From Candidatus Krumholzibacteriia bacterium (lineage in GTDB: Bacteria; Krumholzibacteriota; Krumholzibacteriia; Krumholzibacteriales; Krumholzibacteriaceae), in NCBI GenBank assembly GCA_963836185.1, contig CAWIIQ010000001.1, forward strand, positions 64,001-128,000: a DNA stretch of 64,000 bases, written 5' to 3'. The translations under genes and the position numbers were made by a program. The notes below the pieces were generated by a model. That model ran no database searches. It saw nothing but the letters and a program-made list of their open reading frames with translations, and was not told the origin of the DNA. Shown one piece after another: positions 50,805 through 60,530 of this stretch; positions within the stretch are counted from its first letter, which is position 1, and every line of letters starts with the position of its first letter.

Positions 50805-51062
50805 TTCTTTAATACGGCTCGTGAGAGAGTATGACCCAGATAAGGGTAGTTATGTTATGCGGGAACCGTATGTTGATGAAATTCGTGTATGTGTATTAAC
50901 TATTAGCGAGTTTCCATACAAGAAAAAATAGATCAGGTTGCTAACTTCTCTATTACCACCAAAAAGGTTCTAAGGTCGTCCTGCCTGACGAGCCAATTCT
51001 ATCGTGCATTAACTCCTGACAGCCTGATGAAGCACAACGCTGGATATCCGTGCATACAGAAT

Positions 51063-51108
51063 GACCCGGCCCCGAAGAGTGGATCCTCTCCGGGGCCGGG
51101 CACCCTTT
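51063..51108. terminator. GC-rich hairpin between convergent units
   Basis: CCCGGCCCCG-AAGAG..CTCT-CCGGGGCCGGG inverted repeat. Confidence 0.6.
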
Positions 51109-51136
51109 AATTACTTTTTCTCAAAAGAGACACGTA

Positions 51137-52553
51137 CTATCTGAGCAGCACCATCTTCTTCGTCTCCGAGAACGAAGGTGCCGTAAGCTGGTAGAAGTAT
51201 ACTCCGCTGGAGACGGGCTGGCCCTGATCGTTCGTTCCGTACCAGCTCACCTCTCTGGTGCCGGAAGGTTCATGACCGTTGACCAGGGTCCTGACCAGCC
51301 TGCCCGCACTGTCATAGATGTGCAGCGATACGTTCGCACCCCCATCGGGTACCACGAAGGAGATCGTCGTGGTGGGATTGAAGGGATTCGGGACGTTCTG
51401 CTGCAGGCTGAACGCGGGCAAGGGCTGTACGGCGTCGCCCTTGGCCACCTCGGCCCCGTCAGCTTCGAGTGTTGCGGGCGGCGGGAGGGGACAGTCGAAG
51501 GCCGGGTCCACGACACACTTGTAGGAGATCCGGAATCCCTCCACCGCCTGGTCGAGCCCGGGGATGGTAGCCATGATATCGGACTCGCTGTAGTAGTCTC
51601 GCGAGTAGTACGTCTGTGTGCTCCAGTCACGGAACTTGAGGATCGACATGCCCTTGGCGCTGTAGGGCACGCCATTGAAGCTGCCGACCATCGTCCACGT
51701 CGCTGTGTACACACCGCCGATCAGCATTTCATCCTCGACCGTGGTGACCAAATTGGGCGAACTGGCGAAGAGTCGCGCGAAAAAGGGCACCAGCGTGTCG
51801 AAGCCGTAGATGTCGACGATCGGATCGTGATACTCGTAATCGTCGGTATAGTACGGCAGCAGCGATTGCCAATTCGAGGCGTTGATCTCGACGAGCGCGC
51901 GTCCGATCTCGAGACGTTCCTGGCGCAACCTGACCACACCGCCGCGCGCGGTTGTCCGAAGCCGGCGAGTCGAGCAAAGGTTCGATTGCGGGCAGGGCGT
52001 CGGCCGCGGCCGGCTCGAGAGGGCAGTCGAAGGTTGGGTCGACGGCGCACCGGTAGTATGTGCGGAATCCCAGGATCGCTTCATCGAAGCCGGGGATATT
52101 GATCATGATGTCGCCTTCAGAGTAGTAGTCCCGCCAGTAGTAGACCTCCCTGCTCCTGGGACGGAACTTGATGATCGAAATCCCCTTGGCTTCGTAGGGC
52201 ACGCCGTTGAAGCTGCCGACCATCGTCCAGGTCGCCGAGTACACGTCGCCCACCAGGGTTTCGTCTTCGATCGTCGTGATGAGGTCCGGCGAGCTGCCGT
52301 ACAGCCGCCCGAGGAACTGCGTCAACATATCGATGCCGTAGACGTCGACGATCGAATCGTGGTACTCGATGTCGTCAGCGTAGTAGCCCAACAGCGTGGT
52401 CCAGTCCACGTTCTGCACCTCGAGCATGCCGCGCCCGATCTCCAGCCGATCCTGGCGCAACCTGCCCCAACCGTGGCCCCTGGGGCTGGCAAGGACAGGC
52501 GTGAGCACAAGAATGCAGATGAAAATCACTGAGCAAGTGAACAGCTTTCTCAT
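51137..52553 (-). CDS. Secreted protein: two tandem SnoaL/NTF2-like domains + FlgD-Ig/T9SS-type C-terminal domain (apparent +1 frameshift ~51948)
   Basis: Signal peptide MRKLFTC..; YYADDIEYHD/YYTDDYEYHDP repeats; LQQNVPNPFNP..G.LVRTL..SGVYFYQL..KKMVLLR. Confidence 0.82.
51488..52464 (-). repeat. Intragenic duplication of ~445 bp (51488-51932 and 52021-52464)
   Basis: Shared DNA blocks such as GGGCACGCC(G/A)TTGAAGCTGCCGACCATCGTCCA and CCTGGCGCAACCTG. Confidence 0.85.
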
Positions 52554-52781
52554 CTTTCGCCTCCTAGAGCTAATCCTATGGTGTATAAACTGTAGGACCA
52601 TTATAGCACGAAATGTTGTGCAATTCAATCTCAGTCAGGAATGATTATTGATTTCCTCCCTTGCATGTACAGCAGTTAATAATAGACCTGCTTCATGTCA
52701 TCGGGCGCCGGATCTCCAGGCAGGCCAAGAATCTGGAGGGTGCAAGGCAACTGACGATCCGTTCATCTCGTATACTGTAAT

Positions 52782-53867
52782 ATGAGACTCACTAAGGTCA
52801 TATTACTCCTGATCGCCGGCCTTCTGCTGTGTCAGCTGGTCGTGGTCGGTGGGTGTCATGAAGATGCCACCTCTCCGGCCAACGAGGGAACTGGAACTCT
52901 CGTCGACGGCGTAGACACGCTAAGCACGATAAACAGCTTACAAAAGACCGGCGACCTGTATACGATGCACTACTACGGTGATTACTCGGACATCCTGGAT
53001 GACATGAACCAGTCGATGATCGGCGGGACCGGCAGCGGTTCCGACAACTCAGCCTGGATGCCGTCTTTCTGCACCTTGTTCTCGGCCCTTTCAGATCCGG
53101 ACAGTGCACTTCTGGGCAGGAACTTCGACAATCCATTTTGTCAGGTCCTGTTGACCAACTATGATCCTCCCGCAGGATATGCTTCTCTTGCATTCACACG
53201 CATGAGTGATCTTGGATACGGACTGTCCGCGGATCTTGACAATCTGACATTTGAGGAAAAACTGGGATTACTACGAGCGGTTTATTTCGTGCCGGATGGA
53301 ATTAACGAATGCGGTCTCGCGGCGGGGCTCGCATATGTGAGGTCGGTCACGTATACGCCTGATGGGAGCAAAGAGACCATTTTCGTCACCTACCTGATTC
53401 GAAAAATCCTTGATGGAGCCAGGAACATTGATGAAGCGGCCACAATAGCGAACAGTTACAACGTGTTCGATAGCGGGATCGGGACGATATCTCATCATCT
53501 ACTGGTAGCTGACGCGTGGGGCAGATCTGCGATCCTGGAGTTCGATCAGGGTGCATTTCAAGTCATAGAGAACAGCACGGCGTGGCAGGTGCTCACTAAT
53601 ATCCCAGTCTACAATAGATCGGTATCGGATCTAAAAGCACTCTGCTGGAGATACCGCACTGCCTACGATGCCCTTGAGTCCGTGGCGGGTGATATAGACG
53701 GAGGGGAAGCCATGGGGATATTGCAGAGTGTATCTCAAAGGTTTCCCGAGAGTGGTACAATCTGGTCGGCCGTCTACGATCTGAAGGCCCGAGGCGTCTA
53801 TGTATGCTTGAACAGAGTTTATTCCAATCCACAATATCTGGTCCTGCAGCACACCGGAGACCGGTAA
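52782..53867 (+). CDS. Ntn-hydrolase lipoprotein (choloylglycine hydrolase/C45-like linear amide C-N hydrolase)
   Basis: Lipobox-like VGGC; nucleophile CTLF, GRNFD, DGINECGL, HLLVAD, VLTN. Confidence 0.8.
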   Translation: MRLTKVILLLIAGLLLCQLVVVGGCHEDATSPANEGTGTLVDGVDTLSTINSLQKTGDLYTMHYYGDYSDILDDMNQSMIGGTGSGSDNSAWMPSFCTLFSALSDPDSALLGRNFDNPFCQVLLTNYDPPAGYASLAFTRMSDLGYGLSADLDNLTFEEKLGLLRAVYFVPDGINECGLAAGLAYVRSVTYTPDGSKETIFVTYLIRKILDGARNIDEAATIANSYNVFDSGIGTISHHLLVADAWGRSAILEFDQGAFQVIENSTAWQVLTNIPVYNRSVSDLKALCWRYRTAYDALESVAGDIDGGEAMGILQSVSQRFPESGTIWSAVYDLKARGVYVCLNRVYSNPQYLVLQHTGDR

Positions 53868-53908
53868 TCAGCGACGTTCACTTTATGAAAAGCCAGCAAC
53901 GAGGATGA

Positions 53909-55360
53909 CTATATTTTACCCGATAGAATAGTGATAGCTGCGATGACTTTGTTCGCAAGTATTGGATCGCCGTTATCCTCGGCGATTTTCGCTCCCTCCA
54001 GGAAGAAAGGGACAGCTCCCATTCCCTGATATTTCACTACCGCCTGTTTCCCGGACTTCTCCTCTATCAGGGAAGCCAGTTTCCACCCGAGCCCGTAAAG
54101 TGGGCCGTTGTTCCTCAGGCCCTCACTGATAAACGCATCCACATCCTCCACGCCCCACTGTTCTATGACTTCATCGACGAACCTCGACATCAGTTCCGAG
54201 CCCGGCTCCACTTTGCCGGGCAGGTCGTCAGAGGCGAAGGGCCCGCGTACAAGGTTCGCGACACCCTCAAGCATCGAGTATGTGATCATCGCATAGAGGG
54301 CGTCATATCGCTCGTCCCCGGTATCGACAGAGGTGAGGTCCGAAAAGTCAGTGGCTGTCCCGCCTCCGGCTGCGGGGCAAAGCTCGATCTGGAGCCTGTG
54401 GTACGTCTCTTCTATCAATGTTCCCAGCATATGATCCCAGTCGTCCTTGGGCTGCTCGATATTCAGCCCTACCATGTCAGGCGTCGCCCAGCCGCGAATG
54501 GCCCATCCGACAGTAAATGCAAAATGGACCTCCGACTGCATATCCGGGGGAACGTAACCACCGATCTTTCCAAGGGCCGCAGCAGTTATATCGCCTTCAT
54601 ACTCTTTCAGTTCGGAAAGGAAGCGCAGATATTCATCCTTGTTCTGGACGAGATCGGCATATCCGAAAGCATTCTGGGGATTCAGCCAGATCCACAGGCG
54701 GTCCAGTGGATCGGGCGAACCGGCCATGCGGATCATCTTCGCCAGCGATCCGGTGTCGGGCAGAGGCTCGGGGACATATCCGAGGTTTTTACGGTGCTGG
54801 AGCATAGCCTGGTTGCTCGGCAGTGCTGCAAGGGCGCCGGCCTCTGATTCGAGGATCTCGCCATCCTCCAGTGCATCGAAGAATCCCGTGAGCGCGGAAT
54901 AGTCCAGCACGAGACTCAAGCCTTTGACGGATCCAATCGTTTCATCGGTCAGTCCGATACGCTCAAGTGATCTGTGCGGGGATTCACCTTTGAATTCCAG
55001 GGTGTATCCTGGATTAAACTCCTTTAAAGCTGCCAGGTTCGATTCGCGCTGACGCTCCAGGCAGGCAGCTGCTTTATTGAGCCCGGCCCTGTCCGTTGGT
55101 ACCGGGATGCTGTCCGGATCCGGAAGCTGCTCGGGCATAAGGCCGTAAAATCCCCCACCCAGTTCGAGCTGAAGATCATTGTAACCCGAGAGCTCTCGAA
55201 GGCGTTCTGGGGGCTGGACGCGGGCGAGTTCGGCCAGCAGGATCTTCCTATCCGAATCTGTGATCTCCCCGGGCGTCGTGTTATGCGCGGCGTTGATTGC
55301 GGGAAACAGTGATAGCAGGAGCAGGAGAGTGCCGGTCAGGGTTTTCGTTCTTCTCGACAT
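53909..55360 (-). CDS. Secreted protein, putative zincin-like (DUF5700-like) peptidase with atypical metal motif
   Basis: Signal peptide; LIEETYHRL, EGVA and downstream Y..G pattern. Confidence 0.55.
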   Translation of the reverse strand: MSRRTKTLTGTLLLLLSLFPAINAAHNTTPGEITDSDRKILLAELARVQPPERLRELSGYNDLQLELGGGFYGLMPEQLPDPDSIPVPTDRAGLNKAAACLERQRESNLAALKEFNPGYTLEFKGESPHRSLERIGLTDETIGSVKGLSLVLDYSALTGFFDALEDGEILESEAGALAALPSNQAMLQHRKNLGYVPEPLPDTGSLAKMIRMAGSPDPLDRLWIWLNPQNAFGYADLVQNKDEYLRFLSELKEYEGDITAAALGKIGGYVPPDMQSEVHFAFTVGWAIRGWATPDMVGLNIEQPKDDWDHMLGTLIEETYHRLQIELCPAAGGGTATDFSDLTSVDTGDERYDALYAMITYSMLEGVANLVRGPFASDDLPGKVEPGSELMSRFVDEVIEQWGVEDVDAFISEGLRNNGPLYGLGWKLASLIEEKSGKQAVVKYQGMGAVPFFLEGAKIAEDNGDPILANKVIAAITILSGKI

Positions 55361-55532
55361 GTCGCGGTTTCCTCCAGTAGTCCGGATACGTGGATATTCG
55401 GGCTTCTGGCCGCATTATATCCACTGGTAACATTGTTGTCTATACGTGGAGGGTGTTCCATTATGCTATATTGGTGGTGAATATCTTGATAGCGGCACAT
55501 GTATTCCATAATGAATCAGTGAAAGGCAGTAA

Positions 55533-55829
55533 ATGAAGGTTCTGATCTGGATAAAAGAGTTTTTCTCGCATCCATTAATCCAGCTGGCTTTGGTTTCGGG
55601 GGCGAGCATAATCGCTCTGGCATATGTTTCCAAGCGAGTGCTGCCTGAGCCGATGAAAAATCTATATATAAGTCTGCCCCCGCTCCTGGTCGCGATGGCC
55701 GGCGGGCTTATGGGAATGAAAAAAAAGGCCTGGTATACCAACAGATACTTATGGCTTCTCGCTGTCGCGATGACAACGATCTTTATCATCGCCATCCATC
55801 TGGCCAGGTATGGATCTGGTTCTCCTTAA
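55533..55829 (+). CDS. Small membrane protein (3 predicted TMs)
   Basis: 98-aa ORF with three hydrophobic segments and GAAAGG RBS. Confidence 0.6.
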   Translation: MKVLIWIKEFFSHPLIQLALVSGASIIALAYVSKRVLPEPMKNLYISLPPLLVAMAGGLMGMKKKAWYTNRYLWLLAVAMTTIFIIAIHLARYGSGSP

Positions 55830-56203
55830 AACATCCGCCCGATTGCGGCGCCGGCAAACAGGGCGACGAATCCGACTCCGTTCTGGATTGCCAGATTCAT
55901 CCCGGCTCTCATCCATTCGGCTGTGCGCATCAGTTCGCTGGTCTCCATGATAAGAGCTGAAAATGTCGTGAAAGCTCCCATGAAGCCCACAAGCACCAGT
56001 GTCCGGATTTCTGCCGAGACGGTCCAGCGATTCTCGAACAACATCCATATCATTCCGGCTACAAAGCACCCTGTAAGATTTACGATCGCCGTACCCCAGA
56101 AAGAGGGTTCGCCATTTACCTTGTGGACAAATCCTGCCAGACCGTAGCGTGCCAGCGTTCCCAATCCTCCGGCGACTGCCAGCCATATGAACTTCTGAAT
56201 CAT
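55826..56203 (-). CDS. crcB: Fluoride channel Fluc/CrcB
   Basis: GGLGTLARY, GT..VN..GCF, GFMGAFTTFS; AGGAGG RBS. Confidence 0.95.
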   Translation of the reverse strand: MIQKFIWLAVAGGLGTLARYGLAGFVHKVNGEPSFWGTAIVNLTGCFVAGMIWMLFENRWTVSAEIRTLVLVGFMGAFTTFSALIMETSELMRTAEWMRAGMNLAIQNGVGFVALFAGAAIGRMF

Positions 56204-56334
56204 TTGTCAGGTCCTCCTTTGATCATTCCAATATATTGATGTATCTTGAATTAGCAAGTCGACAATTTGCCGGACTGAGTGGAATATGATACGATTATGA
56301 CCATGGTGGAGAGGCTGCAGGCAAGGAGGCGGAT

Positions 56335-57498
56335 ATGGTTAAAATAAAAGCGCGAATCGCTCTGGTCGCATTGTGTTGTTCTGTTTGTGTTTTGACTTCC
56401 GTTCAGATTCTCGCGGCTGACATAAGCCTGGTCGACAGCGGCCAGAGTCTTGGCGATGGACGGACCTTTTCCATGGCCCTGGGGGATCTGGATGGTGATG
56501 ACGACCTTGACGTATTTTTCGCGTGCTATATCCAGTCGAATATAGTCTGGCTCAACGACGGTGCCGGCATATTTACGGACAGCGGCCAGAATCTTGGCGG
56601 CTCGTCGGGACACGGCGTCGCCCTGGGCGATCTGGACGGTGATAACGATCTTGATGCCTTCGTGGTGTTTAACAGCTCTTCCGACAGGGTGTACCTGAAC
56701 GACGGGTCCGGACTTTTCTCAGATAGTGGCCAGAGTCTCGGCGTTGCGGGTGACTATGGAAACTTTGTCATATTGGGAGATATCGACGGGGACAACGACC
56801 TGGATGCACTGGTTGCTTTGTATGAGCATCCGAACAGAGTCTGGATCAACGATGGGGCAGGGAATTTTTCTGACCAGGGACAGAGGCTGGGCAATAATAG
56901 TTCAGGAGCTATGGCGTTCGGAGACCTGGATTCTGACAACGACCTCGATATTTATCTCGCTGTTGCATCCGCGGCCGACCGGATATGGTTGAATGACGGG
57001 GAAGGGACATTCGTTGACAGCGGCCAGAGCCTGGGGCCGGGCGATGGCTATGGACAGGCCGCTCTCGCCGACCTCGATGGTGACGACGACCTTGACGCGT
57101 TTGTCGTAAACTCGAATAACAGCAGCAGGATCTACCTGAACGATGGATCCGGGCTGTTCAGTGATTCGGGCCAGTTGCTGGGGCTCGGCAGCCAGAGGAT
57201 CTGTCTCGTCGATCTTGATCGCAACGGTACCGTCGATGCGGTAACGACCCATATGGCGAACGGGAACCCTGTCTGGATCAACGATGGAGCGGGCACTTTC
57301 AGCCATTCCGGCCAGAGCCTGGATGTGCTGAATGCTCTCGCCATCTCTTCGGGCGATGTGGATGGAGACGATGACTTCGATCTGTTACTCGGTATGCTGG
57401 AAGGCTCAGGCGGGAACAAACTCTATTTCAACGAGACGCTTCTTTCAACGGAGGCTACGAGCTGGGGACGGCTCAAGTCACTCTTCGGCAGCGATTAA
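56335..57498 (+). CDS. Secreted FG-GAP/VCBS repeat beta-propeller with C-terminal SWGxxKxxF motif
   Basis: Signal peptide; seven to eight repeats of DSGQ.LG..GDLDGD.DLD..W.NDG.G.F; ends STEATSWGRLKSLFGSD. Confidence 0.9.
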   Translation: MVKIKARIALVALCCSVCVLTSVQILAADISLVDSGQSLGDGRTFSMALGDLDGDDDLDVFFACYIQSNIVWLNDGAGIFTDSGQNLGGSSGHGVALGDLDGDNDLDAFVVFNSSSDRVYLNDGSGLFSDSGQSLGVAGDYGNFVILGDIDGDNDLDALVALYEHPNRVWINDGAGNFSDQGQRLGNNSSGAMAFGDLDSDNDLDIYLAVASAADRIWLNDGEGTFVDSGQSLGPGDGYGQAALADLDGDDDLDAFVVNSNNSSRIYLNDGSGLFSDSGQLLGLGSQRICLVDLDRNGTVDAVTTHMANGNPVWINDGAGTFSHSGQSLDVLNALAISSGDVDGDDDFDLLLGMLEGSGGNKLYFNETLLSTEATSWGRLKSLFGSD

Positions 57499-57637
57499 TC
57501 GGCTATATCATTGGACTCATCGTTAATCACATGATATTGGACAGCGTCCGATCTATGGTATAATAGTATCAAGGGAACTGCGATAATGACAACATAAGCG
57601 GCCGATATACAAGACATAGCTTAGACGATTAAAGACC

Positions 57638-58423
57638 ATGGAGCGGCAGTCAGGTATGGAGCAGAGAGAATACGCGACCATGTATGGCATTGAAGACCAT
57701 CATTGGTGGTATGTAGGGCTGCGGGATATTGTCTTCTCCATACTCGACGATCTGCGGCAGGCGAAAAACGACTTTTTCCTGCTCGATGCGGGGTGCGGCA
57801 CGGGAGGTGTCCTGTCCCGGTGTGATAATATGAAGGCTTGCGGGTTCGATGTCTCTGCCGAAGCTATTTCTTTCTGCAAGACACGTAACTGTGACCAGGT
57901 CCTGCAGGCGACCATCTGCGAGATCCCTTTCAACAAACAGTGCTTCGATGTCGTTGTGTCCCTGGATACGCTGACCTGTCTTGAGCGGGAGGGACGCGGC
58001 AGAGCGTTAGCAGAGATCTATCGAGTTCTTAAGCCGGGAGGGATGCTGGTTATGAATCTGCCGGCCTACCAATGGCTCACGAGCAGGCATGACCGGGCCG
58101 TCGGTACCAGGCGCCGGTGCACGACAGGAGGGCTGAGGGAGGAATTGGAGAAGGCGGGATTCAGAGTAACGAAGATGACTTATCGCAATATGTTTCTTTT
58201 CCCCGCTATCGCTATAAAGAGGGTTATTGACAAGAGACCGAGGCGGGGATCAGAAGCTGAGAGATCGGACCTGAAAACGGTCCCGGAGTTTTTCAACAGG
58301 CTCTTAAGCACGGTATTATTTTTTGAAAACAAGCTGTTATCTCGTATCAGTTTTCCATTCGGGCTGTCAGTATTCTGCGTCGCTCAAAAAGACGGCGTAG
58401 ATACGCAGCATGGAACAGAGTGA
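57638..58423 (+). CDS. Class I SAM-dependent methyltransferase
   Basis: HWWY, LLDAGCGTG, RVLKPGG, HD..V..RR, PFGLS. Confidence 0.88.
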   Translation: MERQSGMEQREYATMYGIEDHHWWYVGLRDIVFSILDDLRQAKNDFFLLDAGCGTGGVLSRCDNMKACGFDVSAEAISFCKTRNCDQVLQATICEIPFNKQCFDVVVSLDTLTCLEREGRGRALAEIYRVLKPGGMLVMNLPAYQWLTSRHDRAVGTRRRCTTGGLREELEKAGFRVTKMTYRNMFLFPAIAIKRVIDKRPRRGSEAERSDLKTVPEFFNRLLSTVLFFENKLLSRISFPFGLSVFCVAQKDGVDTQHGTE

Positions 58424-59871
58424 AGTTCGGTATGCAGACAATCTTCCGTCCGGTATCCCGGCCCGTCTTCTGGAGCCTGTTGGGGATATGCACGCTTTTT
58501 CGTGTTTTCCTGGCAACATTGCCCGGCTACATTCCCGACGTACACTCATTCAAGAACTGGGCTATCGGTTCCGCCCTCTACGGGTTGCCGGCGGCCTATG
58601 ACAATACAGACATAGATTATCCTCCGCTTGTGCTCTATTTCCTTTACCCCGCCGGCAAGCTCTATATCTGGAGTCAGCCCGAACTGAGGACGGCGGAGTT
58701 CAAGCGTGCCGAGTGGGGGGAATACCTGTTTTATACAGGGGATGGGCGGATCTATCGATCGGACATGGGATTCAGGGCCGAACTGCCCGAGGTCGAAATG
58801 CCCTCATATCCGCTTCCCGGTTCAAGGTTTCTGACATTCCTGGTTAAGGCCATGTTCATCCCGTTCGATTTTCTGGTCGGAATGCTCCTTTTCTGGCTGG
58901 TTTCCGCCGGGGGCTTATGGGGCGAGTCACGCGCGGGACCGGGGTGGGGGCGACTCGTCGCTTTGCTCTACTTGTGGAACCCGGTCGTGCTCTGGGGATC
59001 GGGCTACTGGGGAGAATCGGACAGCATCATGTTCGTGTTCGCCGTGGCTTCGCTGGCGATGCTGGCCTTCAATCGGATCGCTTTTTCGGGCATGCTGCTC
59101 GCAGCGGCGGTGTTGATGAAGCCCGTGGCCGCGCCTCTGGTACCTGTGCTGGCAGGAGTGGCGTGGATCCGCCACCGGTTCCGTGGATTGATGCCTGCGG
59201 CACTCGCCGGCGCGGCAGTCTCGATTCTCCTGTTTCTCCCGTTTGTGTTGTCGGGACGGACTTGCATGACTTTTTGCAGGGTCCTGTCGGATGCGGAGAT
59301 CATGCCTTATACGTCCTGCAACGCGCACAATTTATGGTGGCTCATCGGATATTACTGGCATGATGCTAACGCGCCGGTGATCGGGGCGCTGACACCGAAA
59401 ATGATCGGTCTCGCACTCTTCGGCACAGCCTTTGTCTTGCTTCTTGTCCACAGCCGCCAGTGGATCGCTGAGGCTGAGGCAGAGGCGCAGGCATATCGCG
59501 CGGGGATCTTTCTCTTCTCTGCGGCTACTGTGGCGACATTTTTCTTTGTATCTACGCACCTGCATGAGCACCATCTCAGCATGACAGTGCCTTTACTTCT
59601 GGCTGTGGCAGGCCGCGACAGAAAACTTGCCTGGCTTGCACTGGGCTGCACTGTGGCCTGCTTCACAAACATGGTGTTGCATGACCTTGTCCTTCCATAC
59701 CGTCTGCCGTTGAGCTTAAACGCGTCGTCGCCGGTCATGTATCCCCTGATGCAGCGTCCTTTTACATGGCTGCAGCTGGCTGGGAGCTACATCAACAGCG
59801 GATTGATCGCGCTGGTTGCCGTATCGGTGTACATTGCCGCTTGGCGTAGGACCGGAATTTACAGGAAGTGA
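58420..59871 (+). CDS. GT-C fold membrane glycosyltransferase (lipid-phosphate-sugar dependent)
   Basis: About 11 TMs; D..F..W, IDYPP, WNP....WGESD, NAHNLW, HEH motifs. Confidence 0.78.
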   Translation: MKFGMQTIFRPVSRPVFWSLLGICTLFRVFLATLPGYIPDVHSFKNWAIGSALYGLPAAYDNTDIDYPPLVLYFLYPAGKLYIWSQPELRTAEFKRAEWGEYLFYTGDGRIYRSDMGFRAELPEVEMPSYPLPGSRFLTFLVKAMFIPFDFLVGMLLFWLVSAGGLWGESRAGPGWGRLVALLYLWNPVVLWGSGYWGESDSIMFVFAVASLAMLAFNRIAFSGMLLAAAVLMKPVAAPLVPVLAGVAWIRHRFRGLMPAALAGAAVSILLFLPFVLSGRTCMTFCRVLSDAEIMPYTSCNAHNLWWLIGYYWHDANAPVIGALTPKMIGLALFGTAFVLLLVHSRQWIAEAEAEAQAYRAGIFLFSAATVATFFFVSTHLHEHHLSMTVPLLLAVAGRDRKLAWLALGCTVACFTNMVLHDLVLPYRLPLSLNASSPVMYPLMQRPFTWLQLAGSYINSGLIALVAVSVYIAAWRRTGIYRK

Positions 59872-59979
59872 CCTGCCGGCCTACTTCCAGTAGGCGGAGA
59901 TTCAGATTCCCCGATTCCTCGAATCCCAGCAATTGTATTCGTTTATTGATCTCATCGAAACCACGCCATTTCGTGACTT

Positions 59980-60517
59980 GTATATGCCTGTGATTATCGC
60001 GCCCAGGACGCTCCGAGAGTGTTGATGCCGTAAAGCAGCCCCGTATAGGAAGCAGCCTGTCTGAATCGGCGCACAGTCGCTGTGATAAGCACGGGCGCTG
60101 TCATCCCCATCGCGATCGTCGGGGGGGCAGGAGGATCGATCCGGTAACAGCGAGACGAGCGATCTGGGCCGCGGGAGTCTCATATCCGAGGGCCGGCAGG
60201 AACTCTATGAAGAGGGAGCTGGCAGACGAAATGATGTAAGGAGAGAAAAACAGATAAAGTGCCAGCCCGCCCTCAAGAGCAGCGTACAACAGCAGATAGC
60301 GGGAGGTACGCCTGCAGGTCCGTTCGGCCAGGCGTGCCCCGATGGCTAATCCGGCCATAAACGTTATAAGGATGATGTTCAGAGCTGCCGCGGAGCTTCC
60401 GAGCGTCACCGTCAGCTGGTGCAGTCAGCACAGCTGGGCGCTCAACGCCGCCGCCCCCGAGAGCAGGAAGGGAAGCAGCAGGGGTGCGATCGGGAACTGT
60501 TTACTTCGATTCTCCAT
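59980..60517 (-). pseudogene. Degraded N-terminal membrane part of a fused MFS/spermidine synthase-like gene
   Basis: LSGAAAL..Q.C*L (TGA at usual Trp), FMAGLAIG, LLPPT.AMG, LYGINTLG; one nonsense, two frameshifts and truncation. Confidence 0.75.
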
Positions 60518-60530
60518 CCAGTGATCCTTG

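Noticed and set aside
56204-56334. Fluoride riboswitch upstream of crcB
   Set aside because: No GGCGATGG..GCTGATGAC-type consensus on the minus strand
56430-57432. CRISPR-like or DNA repeat array (recurring GACAGCGGCCAGAG)
   Set aside because: Repeats are degenerate, in frame and explained by FG-GAP protein repeats; no CRISPR array or cas gene seen in the window
60422-60430. In-frame TGA as Trp or selenocysteine recoding
   Set aside because: TGA ends many normal genes here (cysS, fusA, rpsJ, rplC) and this gene carries other lesions
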